38,227 nt of DNA from Hyphochytrium catenoides (lineage: Eukaryota > Protista > Hyphochytriomycota): assembly GCA_900088475.1 (NCBI GenBank), contig FLMG01001784.1, positions 1-38,227 of the forward strand. The letters run 5' to 3'. Made by a program: the position numbers and the translations under genes. This document shows positions 11,392 through 23,643 of the stretch, in pieces. Under the pieces are notes generated by a model that saw only the letters and a program-made list of their open reading frames with translations, was not told where the DNA came from and did no database searches. Position 1 is the first letter of the stretch. The number at the start of each line of letters is the position of its first letter.

Positions 11392-11822
11392 TGGCAGAGA
11401 CAATGACTGAGAGATTAAAATCTACAAAGACATGAAGATGTCTAGATTAACGGAGACTGCGTCCCATTAGTTAGCAATCCAGAGATTCATTCTTTCTGCT
11501 ATCTTCCCTCCCTTGTCCTCGCTGTTTCTCCCTCCTTTTCTCTGTCTGTCTCTGTGTGTGTCTCTGTCTCTCTTTCCCTTGGTCTCCCCGTTCTCTTTCT
11601 CTGTCCGCCGTCTCCGTCGCTCTGTGCCCTATGCTCTGCTGCACGTTGTCGTCTTTTCTGGCAAGAGGCTCTTCTGAAAGTGTAGATTAATCTGTACGCA
11701 GCGCATGCTTGGCCCTCTCAGATCTCTACATCTGCGGGGTGTTGACCGTCCCTTGTCCCTTCTCAATGGGACTCTCTCTCAGCAGAAGCAAACAGATGGA
11801 TGAAGGCGATGTTCTTCAGAAT

Positions 11823-11853
<31 letters not shown>

Positions 11854-11944
11854 AGAGAGAGAGACTTCCTAGATAGAGGAAAGCCACCCAAAAGGAGAGA
11901 AAGACGAGATGGAATTGGAGAGAGAGGGAGAGAGAGAGAGAGAG

Positions 11945-11973
11945 AGGAGGAGGAGAAAGAGAGAGTGACAGGG

Positions 11974-12017
<44 letters not shown>

Positions 12018-12182
12018 GAGAAAGAGAGGAGTGACAGGGGAGAGAGAGAGAGAGAGAGGATGAGAAAGAGAGAGTGTCAGGGGAGAGAGAGAGAGAGAGA
12101 CAAAGAGATAGAGAGAGAGAGAGCGCGGGAAAAAGAGAGAGTGACAGGGGAGAGAGAGAGAGAGAGACAAAGAGAGAGAGAG
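11945..12182 (+). repeat. Compound minisatellite, GAAAGAGAGA-GTG[AT]CA-GGGG-(GA)n, 4 copies
   Basis: GTGACAGGGG or GTGTCAGGGG cores at ~11965, 12031, 12074 and 12141, separated by GA runs of variable length. Confidence 0.85.
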
Positions 12183-14348
12183 TCAAGAAGAGAGAGAAAG
12201 AGAGAGGACGCAGCCAAACGATAGGGGCCTGAGAGCCAGACAGAGTGACAGATTGAAGAGACACAGAAAGCCAGCCATTGAAAGGAAGGCCCTGGAGAGC
12301 CGGTAACGGGGAAAGAAGCCACTAAATAATAACGGCGCGTTCTCCAGCGCAAAGAGCCACCCAAATCACCGAGGTCCTTATCTATTTGCATTCTTATTCC
12401 GATAAGGACCATAACAGACACAATGAAGGGAGTTGTATTCCCAAAGTACATTATAGAAGAGCTGTAGGGAAAGGAGAACCTCTTTAATGCTGTTAGAGGT
12501 CCTGAGATATTCGCAGTTGCAAGGGGCTAGGCTAAGAACTTTGTGCGAACTTTGCGCCTATATCTCGAGGGAGCCCTTTTACCGGTAATGCTATGGTTAT
12601 ACACGGAGTCTGTCTCGCTCTTCCTGTCGGATTACGGGAGTGGTTTGGCTCTTTAGTTTGGGCTCTGGGCTAGTCGACCGTTCATCCTTCTCATTCAGAG
12701 ACCAGTCGACTTCGAAGGGACAAACCAGAAGAGGTGACCGAAAGCCGTCAGTGCCCTCTTCCAGCTACTTTTCGGTAGCATCACGAATAAAAGCACATAA
12801 ATTACCATTATTAGAAATAATTGTTATGATGGTCAGTTTTCTCGTTTGGACTCTTTTCCGATGGCCGGGTGTGGTAGAACTCCACATACTATATGAAGCA
12901 GAGCGCTACTTTGGGTTATGCTGGGACGAAAGTGACATAAAAATGTCGCCATACTGCTCTGATTGATGTTTAGAATATCTTGGTCGTGATGCAAGTCACC
13001 GGTGGGACGATGGGAAAGTGCTGATAGAGGCAGAGGAAGACGTTACTACTGATGATGAGGAACTATGTCACCTTTTTGTTGACAAGACAACCTGGACCAG
13101 TGCTGAAAGATTGGGCAGGCTGAAAGCTGCACATTGTTTCTTAGGAAGAATGTAGAAAGGAGCTCTGCGCGAAATGATTCCTGCTGATGGGAAAGGTTTC
13201 CGTTGAATGAAATGGCAGCCCGGACAGCATAGAAGCGTGCATTGGTTGTGTGTGCAAGGCAGGTGTGAAGGATTGTGCACCAACAAACACTCATCAGATT
13301 TCTCCTGAGCTGATGAGCCAGAGTGTCGCACATTGGCTCTCTTGTCAAACGGCACAGGAGTGATAGATAGGGAATCATACGTAATAAGAAAGAATCTACA
13401 TGGCTGCCACCACCAGCACTCTACACTGCGAAGGTGACACTGCAGGCTGTGGTACCCTGTACGGCGATAGAGCTAGGATGCTCTTTTGGCCCATTCAAAT
13501 ATTCTAGGAAAATGGTAGTTTGGGAAGAGAAACTGATGACAGTGGGAAGTGAGGCTTTTTATTGGCAGAACCTTTCCCGACGATTTTGAAACACTGGCTA
13601 GGCCTCGGATAAGAAATGGCTGGTGAGACTAAGAGGGTGGACACAGAGCTAAGACGAGAACCCTATAAAATCTTAAGAGATGAGCACTTTCCTTGAGATT
13701 ATACGGGGTAATGAAGAGAGCGAGTGCTCAGAGTGGAGAGACAGAGTTCTAGATAGATTGTTCGTTGTCCGTTGTTCTCTGTCTTAGGCTTCCCCTCCAC
13801 TTATCATCTCCCTCCTCTATCTCTAAAGAGGGAGAGGGACGAACGAGGGAACAGAAGAGTGGCCCACTTCCCGCCTTTTGCCATCTCCCAATCCACTCTG
13901 TCTCTATCTCCTGCCTCTCTATCATACTCTATCTCAATACATATTAGCTATATCACAGCTTGCACTTTATCTCCTCTTACTCTGTCTTTTGCCCTCGCCT
14001 CTCTTCACCTACTCTGTCTGTCTCGTCTCACACCGGAGTGCGGGGTGCCTCTGTCACCTGCCGAGCCATTTTCTATGGGGCGCTGACATCAGTCTCAAAA
14101 CGGAAACGAAGCCCACACATTTTCTGCCAGTTTTACTCTTCATTTGAAGGCTCACAAATCAATTTCGGGCGGAATCTGCATCTTCATTAATAATTTATAT
14201 TTCTGCTGAGCTCCGGACGGAGATTCGTAATTGCCAGGATCGGCCCGGGCTTCTCCGCAGGTCTCCGTTAGACATACAGGAGACGAGGAGACTGGTTGCT
14301 GGTTCATCATTGTGGATAAAGAGGAGGAAAGACCGTATTAACTGAAGT

Positions 14349-17300
14349 ATGGCGGCTGCCAGCACCGACGTTCTGGTAGATGGCGTTCCCTCTGCGGAGG
14401 TCAATGGTGGCAACTTCGTCGCGGCCCCAGTAACTCCTAAAGACGTGAAAGAGAAGACTGCGGAGGGAGAAGCTTCCCCTGATGAGGTCGCACTCTCTCT
14501 ACAGAAGAGTGACCCCGATCATCCACTCTATGACCCTCCTAATGTGCCGATGTCGGAGCTCTTCTCCTTCGCCGATCGCACCGATTACTTTCTCATGACC
14601 ATCGGCACGATCGCTGCCATCATCAGTGGGTTGGTACAGCCTGCGCTGGTGCTCATCTTTGGTGACACTTTGGACGCGTTCAACCTTCCTCCTGATGTCG
14701 TAAGTGCCCCGATTCTAACCTCGATATCCTCTCTTGACTTTCTAGTTCTCTGTGTTTCCGTGCATCGCTAAAGCTTAGGATCTAAGAGGGTGAGCCCAGA
14801 GTTCCGTTTTCATTATCTTACACACGCTCTCTCCTCGCAGTTCAAGGACGAGGTGCTGGACAAGCTGGTTCTGATGGTTTCGTTCGCAGCCATCGCTTTC
14901 GTAGCTGGCTACGGCCAAGTCACTTTCTGGATGATGACGGCAGAGCGACAGTCTAGAAAGATTAGACAAAAGTATTTGGAGGCGGTACTTAGACAAGAAG
15001 TGGGCTGGTTTGACTTTAGAGTCGCTGGAGAGCTCATCTCAAGCACTACTGAGTATGTACAAACTCCTTCTTTCGTTGTCAGCCATCTCTCTTGCCTTCT
15101 CTATTTCTCGCCTTCTCTTCTTCTCGCTGCTCTGAGGCTTTGCTTGCTGCCTCAACCAATGACTTTCACCTGACACCTCTCTGCTTTCGCCCTTGAATCC
15201 TTCCTCCATTGTAGAAAAACTGCCACTGTTCAAGAAGGCTTGGGCCGCAAATGGGGAGATGCCATCCAGTTCGTTGCGATGTTTATCGGTGGTTTTGCCC
15301 TTGGCTTCTACAAGGGATGGCTCCTCACCCTTGTTCTGTGCGCTGCTCTTCCTCCCCTTGCCATCACTGGCTGGTATATGGCCAAGACCATTGGTGACGC
15401 TGCTAAATCTATGCAAGCTTCCTACGCTCAAGCCGGTGGAGTAGCTTCTGAGGTTATCTCGTCCATCCGAACTGTCGTTGCCTTTGGAGGACAGAAGCAT
15501 GAGACAGAGCGGTACTACAACGCCTTACAGGGTGCTGAAAAAGCTGGCATCAAGAAAGGACTGCAGCTTGGTCTATCAGCTGGTCTTGTTTTCGCCGTCG
15601 CATTTGGTTCTTACGCTTTGGGCTTGTGGTTTGGCGCCAAACTTGTGGCTGACGACAGGGAGGACAAGCCAGAATGCAGAGATGTGGCTCCAGTTGATGG
15701 AGCAGACTGCTTCACCGGAGGAAAAGTCCTTACGGTTTTCTTCGCTGTCATTATCTCCTCGATGGCTATCGGACAAGCTACTCCCTCCTTCTCCGCTGTA
15801 GCGGCAGCAAGAGCGGCTGCAGCCTCTATCTTCCATGTGATTAGGCGGAATTCCAAGATTGACCCCATGGCTAAGACCGGTATTGTTCTTGATGAGGTTA
15901 AGGGTAAGGTGGAGCTGCAGAACATTGTCTTCTCCTACCCCACAAGACCGTCAATTAAGGTAGGTCAAGCGGGCTTGACTTGAGTGGAAATGCGTATATA
16001 TCTTCTTTCTTTGCCTCTACGCTGCTGGCTGCTCTGTGCTTAATAGTCATCCTGCTGTCGTGAGAGACCGTCATCTTCTTTGTCTCATGAATCTCTTATG
16101 CTTCGATTAGCGAATGTACTAAGTAAGGTCTCTTTCGTTCCCTGTCACGGATACCTCAGGTGTGCAACGGATACTCTTTCACTGTCGAGCCAGGACAGAC
16201 CGTTGCCTTGGTAGGACACAGTGGAAGTGGCAAATCCACAGCGGTTGCCCTTTTGGAGCGTTTCTATGACCCGCAGCAGGGGACAATTCTCCTAGACGGG
16301 CATGATACAAGGGAACTAAACTTGCACTGGCTAAGGAGTCAGATCGGCCTTGTCGGACAGGAGCCAGTGCTCTTCAGTGGGACTATTGCGGAGAATATTG
16401 GTGCGTTTTCTCTTTGTATTTGCTCTGCCTTGCTACCTGGTTCCTCTCTGCAAAAGAAGAGACTGCTTTTATAGGCTGATGTGAGAGACAAATCCGTCGG
16501 ACTGACATACTCTCTCTGTCCTTCTACCCTCTCTTCTGATAGGCCATGGCAAGCCTGGGGCCTCTCGGGAGGACATCGAACAGGCTGCTCGCATGAGTAA
16601 CGCGTACGACTTTATTATACAGTTTCCGCAAGGCTTTGAGACTGAGGTGGGAGAGAAAGGCCTTCAGCTTTCTGGAGGGCAGAAGCAGCGAATTGCCATT
16701 GCAAGGGCTATCATTAGGAACCCAGCAATTTTGCTTCTTGATGAAGCCACTTCTGCTTTGGATCTAGAAAGCGAGGTAATGAGAGGATACGCAATGATTG
16801 CTCCCCAGATCCTCCTTATATAATCTGTGCCTAGGCCTGACGCCTCCGTTCTGCTAGTGCAAGTGCGTCCATTGTTCCCTTTGACTCCATCTTAGGTCTT
16901 AGCTACGCTTGCTCTTACTCATACGTTTCTTCTCTACTGTCCGCCCTCTAGCGCGTTGTCCAAGAGTCCTTGGATAAGCTGATTGAGCACCGCCAGCGCA
17001 CTACCATCGTAATAGCACACCGTCTTTCCACAGTGAGAAACGCCAACAAGATTGTAGTATTTGAGAAAGGAAACATTGTTGAGGAAGGGACACACGATGA
17101 GCTGATGGCTCGTCAAGGAGCGTATATGAACCTAGTCAACAGACAGGTACAGGCAAGTCTGACCAAGGAAGACGATGAAGTAGAGGAGGACGCAGAGGAC
17201 GAAGAGGCGGTCCGCGCAGGACAGCAGTCTTCCGTGAAGGATGATAGGATTCGTGGGGCCTCCACCATGGTTAGCAAGGACTCCGCATCAGGTCTGGCCT

Positions 17301-20245
17301 TAGCAGCGGCGGAGGAGAAAGGGAAGGAAGAAGTGGAAGAAGTAAAAATCCCTACTTCTCGTCTCTGGAAGTTGAATGCCTCAGAATGGAAGGAGCTGGT
17401 TGTTGGCGCTATCGGAGCTCTAATGAACGGTGCGGTGTTCCCGATCTGGGGTCTTCTTGTCGCTAAGATGATAGCAGTTTTCTTCGTGCCGGATGTTGAG
17501 GTACGAAATGCTGCCGCTCTTTTGCACTTTTTTCTCCATCTCTGCTAACCCTAGACCAGTATCTGGCGTTTTCTATCCCAATCAACGCACTTTGGCCTCT
17601 TTTGTTCCACTTATATCGTACTGGCCTCCTTTCGTCTGTATGAATCGCCATTATAGCATAGCTCTACTGTTTTGGGACGCTAATCGTTGCCATCCATCGC
17701 ATGTCCGCCCTTCTGCTAGAAAATCCGCGACGACAGTGTCTTCTACGCTTGTATGTTCTTGGTGGTAGCTGTGGTCGCTCTCGTTGGCAACATTTTGCAG
17801 TTCTGGTGCTTTGCCATTGCAGGCGAGAGGTTGACGAGGAGGGTGAGGTTGCTGGTCTTCAAGGCTGTTCTTCGCCAAGAGATGGCCTTCTTCGATAGAG
17901 AGGAGAACTCTTCTGGTACGACAAGTCCTCCTGTCACCCTCTATTTTCAATCAGTAGCGGTCGTTCGTAGCAGGCCACTCAGTTCTTGGAATTTATCGTA
18001 GTCTAGTGAATCCAGCGTATTCTACTGAATCCATCGTAGTCTAACGTGTCTGGGTCGTATTCTATACGTTCCTCTTCGTTCCTGCCTTCTTTTCCACTTA
18101 GCCAGCGCACCATTCTTATGATCTCTTTCTGTCTAAACAGGCAACATCTGCACTCGCCTTTCTGAAGACGCCACGATCATTCAAAGTCAAGTGGGAGAGT
18201 CACTCGCCAGAAACGTTGCCAACCTGATGACCCTGGCTGTGGGACTGGGCCTGTCATTCTACTACTCTTGGGAGCTCACCCTTATCATGCTTGCAGTCTT
18301 CCCTCTACTCGCGTTCGCTGGCTGGGTTCAGATGGCTGTCTTTGGAGGAGTTCATGGCGCACTGGAGGCGAAGAACGGAGGAAGTGTAGTGAGCGAGGGA
18401 GTGATTAACATCAGAACCGTTGCGGCACTTAACTTGGAGAGTGTGCTGCTAGACAGGTAATAACAGACCCTTCCCATACTGCAATTCAAACTAGAGTTTT
18501 GTCTCTCATAGCGCTAGAAAGATATATGCTGTCCCTCTTCCTGTCTCGAACCATTTCTTTTCCCTAAAGTGTCCCTTTTGTAATGCTCTTCTTCACAGGT
18601 ATGCCAAGGCAATGGAGGGGCAGGTCCGTCGTGGCATGAAGCAGGGCCAGATCGCAGGTCTTGGCTTTGGCGCTAGCCAATTCATCATGTTTGCAGCCTA
18701 CGCCTTTGTCTTCTGGTACGGATCCAACCTCATGACCAGGACCGATGGAAGGTATGCCCTCTGTCTCTATCTGCGTCGTTCAGCTCACCTGCCGTCAGTA
18801 CTGTGCCTTGCTCTTCATAGTCTGTCTCTTCTTTTGTCTCCCATTCATCGTAAACCTTACCGTCTAGCCTCGTTTTGATCTGAAACGATCAAAGCGTTAA
18901 CCTCTGTCTCTCTCATTTTCCGTTTCTTCCATCTCTCTCTCTCTTGTCACAGAAAAATCGACTTCGAGGGTATGATGATTGTCATCATGGTTATCATGTT
19001 GGCCGCCTTCGGTTTTGGCAACGCCGCTCAGAACATGACAGACACGGTCAAGGCAAAGAAGGCCATCCACAATGTCTTCACGCTTGTAGACCGAGTGCCC
19101 AAGATTGACAGCGAGAGTGAAGAGGGAGAGAAACTCGAAGCACCTAAAGGGGAGCTCCTCTTCTCTCATGTGCACTTCTCCTATCCCTCTCGCCCTGACG
19201 CCAAGGTTTGCCGTGGTTATAACTTCAAGATCTCTCCAGGAGAGACCGTGGCGCTGGTTGGAGCAAGTGGGAGCGGAAAGAGCACGGCTGTCAACCTTCT
19301 TGAGAGATACTATGACCCAGACTATGGCACTATCACTCTTGATGGAAAGAATCTGAGGGATCTGAACGTGCAGTGGCTCAGAGGGCAGATGGGCCTTGTA
19401 GGCCAAGAGCCTGTGCTCTTTACTGGGACCGTTGCGGACAATATTATCTACGGCAAGAGAGGCGCGACCAGGGAGGAAGTCGTCCAGGCGGCGATAGCGG
19501 CGAATGCTCATACATTTATCAGCGCGCTGCCTGACGGGTATGACACCGAGGTGGGAGAGAAGGGTGTGCAGCTTTCTGGTGGACAGAAGCAGCGAGTGGC
19601 GATTGCAAGAGCAATCATCAGAAATCCTTCCATCCTTCTCCTTGATGAGGCTACCTCCGCATTGGACAGTGAAAGCGAGCAGGTGGGTCTTGCTTACTAA
19701 TCTCTCTCTGTCTCGTTCTCTCAATTTCTCTCTCCTTCTTGTCCCTCTTTGCTTGATCACCTTGCTCATCGTTTCTTTATTCTGTAGATGTGTCTCCTTC
19801 CCTCTCTCCTCTTGCAAGGGTGGTGGCTTTGTTATCTCTCCTTGTCCCCCTATGTTTTTTCGTAGTCTGCTCTTCTGACCTCGAGTTCTTTTTAAGTGCC
19901 GTCCCGTCGATCCCTTTTTGTGTGATTCATCCTTCCTTGGTCTCTAGCATTGATAGCACTGACACTCTCTCTTTCTCTTTCACACCTTTCTTTCTCTCTC
20001 CCTCAAATTCTCTCTTTTCTCTCTCCTTCTCTTTGTCTCCTTAGGTGGTGCAAAAAGCTCTGGATGAACTCATGAGCTCGCGCAACTGCACCACTGTCGT
20101 TATCGCACATCGGTTATCCACCATCAGAAACGCAGACACCATTATGCTGATTGAGAAGGGGAAGATTGTTGAGCGCGGCAGTCATGACCAGCTCATGGCA
20201 ATGAAAGGAAAGTACGCTAACCTCGTCGCCACGAAGATGAAGTAG
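14349..20245 (+). CDS. ABCB1: ABC transporter subfamily B, full-length MDR/P-glycoprotein type (TMD-NBD-TMD-NBD), 11 exons
   Basis: Approximate exons: 14349-14699, 14841-15052, 15214-15959, 16160-16400, 16543-16775, 16952-17500, 17720-17914, 18141-18456, 18599-18751, 18952-19682, 20045-20245. Two intact NBDs: Walker A GHSGSGKS and GASGSGKS, Q-loop VGQEPVLF, signature [28 protein letters not shown], Walker [13 protein letters not shown]-loop IAHRLST. TMD motifs LRQEVGWFD and [10 protein letters not shown]. The symbol denotes family membership, not strict orthology. Confidence 0.96.
17995..18064 (+). repeat. 19-bp tandem repeat in an ABCB intron
   Basis: atcgtagtctagtgaatcc / agcgtattctactgaatcc / atcgtagtcta, plus a further tcgtattcta at ~18055. 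Confidence 0.8.
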
Positions 20246-20796
20246 GCGAGCAGACAAATGCTGTGAGGAGAAACGGAAGGAAGAGAGAGAGAGAAAGAGA
20301 AGAGGAGAACTTGCCTCGCTCTCCTTACTTTATTTGCTATTTTTATATATATTTAGCTGGGAACTTCTAATCAGTAGCTGAGTACATGCACATTCACCAA
20401 GATAATGAACGATGGAAGAGAGAGATGATGATGAGCTCCCTCTTAAAGATCATATGGCAGCTTTCTTCTTAGTGAGAGACATGACAACTTTTTTCTTTGT
20501 CCTTGAGAGAGAGGAGTGATGACAGCTATCGTCTCAGGAGAGAGAGAGAGAGAGAGAGATCACTGTGGCAACCTTCCTCGTCTGAGGATCACACTGCCCC
20601 TTCTTCTCTCTTACAAAGTAGAAAGCTTCAAATGTTAGAAAAAGAGAAAGAGACAGAGAGAGAGAGAGCTGAGCGTTAACGGCTAAGCAAATCTAAGAGA
20701 TCTGGATGTAGCAGGAAGTTGCCTTCTTTTCCAGACCGTTTATAGTAGACAGCTTTCAATCAGAACTCTTTGTCCCTCTCTCTCTCTCTCTCTTTC

Positions 20797-20840
<44 letters not shown>

Positions 20841-21223
20841 TTGTGCCTCCTGCTCGTCTCCAGATAGTTCTCATAGTGCTACTTCGACTTCAAGAAAACT
20901 TCGTGGTAGACGTTGATGGCACGAGGGCCCTAACTCACTCCGTCACAAACTCATCTCTCCCCCTCTCTCTTCTCTCCCTTGCCTTCCTGGGCCCTTCCAC
21001 CTCCCGCCCCCTCTGAGCACATTTGTTCCCTCTTCTGGACGGACGTCATCTCTCTCTCTCGCTTTCTGTGTCCTCTCTCTCCCTCTCTCTCTGTGCCTCT
21101 CCTCTTTCTATCATCATTCTCTTTTCTCTCTCTCTCTTCCTTCCCTTCCTCTCCCTTCTTCCTCCCTTTCTTTCTCTCTCTCCTCCGTCGCGACTAGCCG
21201 TCTCTGTGGTTACAGCCTGGATC

Positions 21224-21390
21224 ATGGGCACTGCACACTCCTCCTCATTCTATAAGTCTTCTCTTCTGCTGCTTCTCTGCCTTCCTTTTCTCTCCACCAC
21301 CGAAGGGATGGCCACGGTCTCTGAAACGAATCAAGAGGAAGTCTGCATCGAAGATAAGGAGACTCAGGTGTCTGCTCTTTCTCTCCCTTC

Positions 21391-21444
<54 letters not shown>

Positions 21445-21786
21445 CCGTCCCAGTCTTTCTTTCCCGCTCTCTCTCCTCACTTCCTCCCGCTCCTAGCCAA
21501 ATCCCTTAACAACCCTTCTCTTCCTTCTCTCCTTCTCTCTCCCTTCAGAGACCTCTCTTCTCTCTTCAATCATAGGATTTGCTCGCTACCTCTTCTTTTC
21601 TTTCTCTTCTCCCGGCGGTTCCACCCTCTTTCCCTCCTGGACTATGCCCAACAGTCTTCTCCCCCTTCTGCCTTTTGCGCTCTCTCCTGTGTGTGTCTTT
21701 CTCTTCCTTTTCTGCTTTCTCTCTCTTCACCTCTTTCCGTCTCATTCATTCCGACTCTTTCCTTCCTTTCTAATTCCCATGTTCCC

Positions 21787-21851
<65 letters not shown>

Positions 21852-22096
21852 ACTTTCCTCTTTCTCTTCTTAGGGCTCTTGCACTAGTTCACCCTCTGCG
21901 ATGCGAGGCGTCTCTCCCTCCGATCTATCGCTGTATCGAGAGGGAGAGCCCTTCCGATGTTTGAAGAGCGGGAAAATAATTCCTTGGCAGGCCGTCAATG
22001 ATGATTTCTGTGACTGTGAGGAGGATGGCAGTGATGAACCAGGTAAAGAGAGACGCGCGAGAGTGTGTGAGGGAGAGAGAGAATGAGAAAGACAGG

Positions 22097-22138
<42 letters not shown>

Positions 22139-23597
22139 CAGGCAGGGGGAGACACAAAGAAAGCGCACTAACGAAGAAGAGACAAAACCTAGGGAACGAA
22201 GTCCTCCATTCGAAAGCAGACAGACAGACCTTTTAAGGAGAGAAGAGAGAGAGAGAAAGAGAGAGAGAAAGAAAGAGAGAGACAGAGAGAGAGAGACAGA
22301 GAGAGAACGGAAACGTACTTTGGGTGTCTAAGGAGAAGAAGGATAGAGATGATCGGTACATGACATGAGAAGAAGGAGAGAGAAGAGGGAAGAGAGCCGA
22401 AAGACTCGAGGGAAGAGGCTGATAGAGATTAAAGCAGACTGTAAAGAGAGACACAAGGAGGATATTTAAGGAGAAGGGGAGGAAAGAAGAGATATGCGGG
22501 AGGAGAGACAGAAAGAGAGAAGAGAAGAAGGAGAGGAAAGAAGGGGATCGCACGCAAAATAGTTAGAGACAGGGAGAGAGAGACACGCCGGAGATATAGC
22601 CATAGAGAGAGAGACCAAGAGGGAGACACCGAGGGAGGAGACAGCGAATGGTAGAGAGATAAGAGAGGAACAGGCTTTCCTCACGGATTTCACCCTTCTC
22701 CTTCTTTTTCTCTTTGTCTCTCCCCTTCTCGTGTCTCGGTGGCTGCGTGGCTGCAGGAACCTCCGCCTGTGCCAACGGTTCTTTCCGTTGCCTTAACGAG
22801 GTAAAGGAAAGAGTCGTCTCAGTGTTGAACGTTTCTCTCACATTTCCTCTCTTTCTCTCTCTTGCTCCATTCTTCCAAACTCAATCCAACTGTTTAACTT
22901 CAGGTTCTCACCATCCCTCTATTCCTCATTCGATTTCTCTCTCTCTCTCTCTCTCTCCGGCTTTCCTCGTCTCTTCTCTCTTATTCTTCTCTTCTCTCTG
23001 TCTCTCTCTTCTCCCTCTTAATGCTTTCTCCTTTCAGAACTATCTCCCGAAAGTCATCCCTTCTTCCCGTGTCAATGACGGACATTGTGACTGCTGCGAC
23101 GGTGGCGACGAGTACGAAGCTGTGGAAAGGTGCCCCAACACCTGTGAGGAACAAATAGAACAGTTAGGTGGCCATTCTATCGCTCTCTTCTCTCTCTCTC
23201 CTGCACTTCATCCCCCACCCTCTAGTCCTCCCGCTTTCCTATCGCAGAAATGATCTCTCTCTCTCTCTCTCCTCTCTCCTCTCTCTTTTCTCTCTCTCTC
23301 TCTTTCTCTCTCTTTTTTTACTCTTTCTACTTCTTGTCTCCTCCGTTCTCTTACGTGCGTTCTTCACTTCTCGCTAGCCCACCTCTTCCTTCGTAGAGGA
23401 CATAACTTTTCTGCTTTGGTCTCCGTTCTTCCACGTCCTCCTAAGTCTGTCTATAACATTAATGCCAGACAGAGAAATAGAGAGAGGGAACAGCTGGGAC
23501 TTGTCTCAGATATCCGAGAGGTGGGGACAGCACATTTCTCCCACCCCCACTTTGCTTCTTTTGTTCTTCTTTTTCTCTCTCTCTCTCTCACTTCTCT

Positions 23598-23643
<46 letters not shown>

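Noticed and set aside
13310-13345. CTGATGA followed by a GCCA/TGGC stem (hammerhead-like)
   Set aside because: The required GAAA after stem II is absent.
18897-19817. 306-aa antisense ORF
   Set aside because: Shadow of the ABCB NBD2 exon on the opposite strand.
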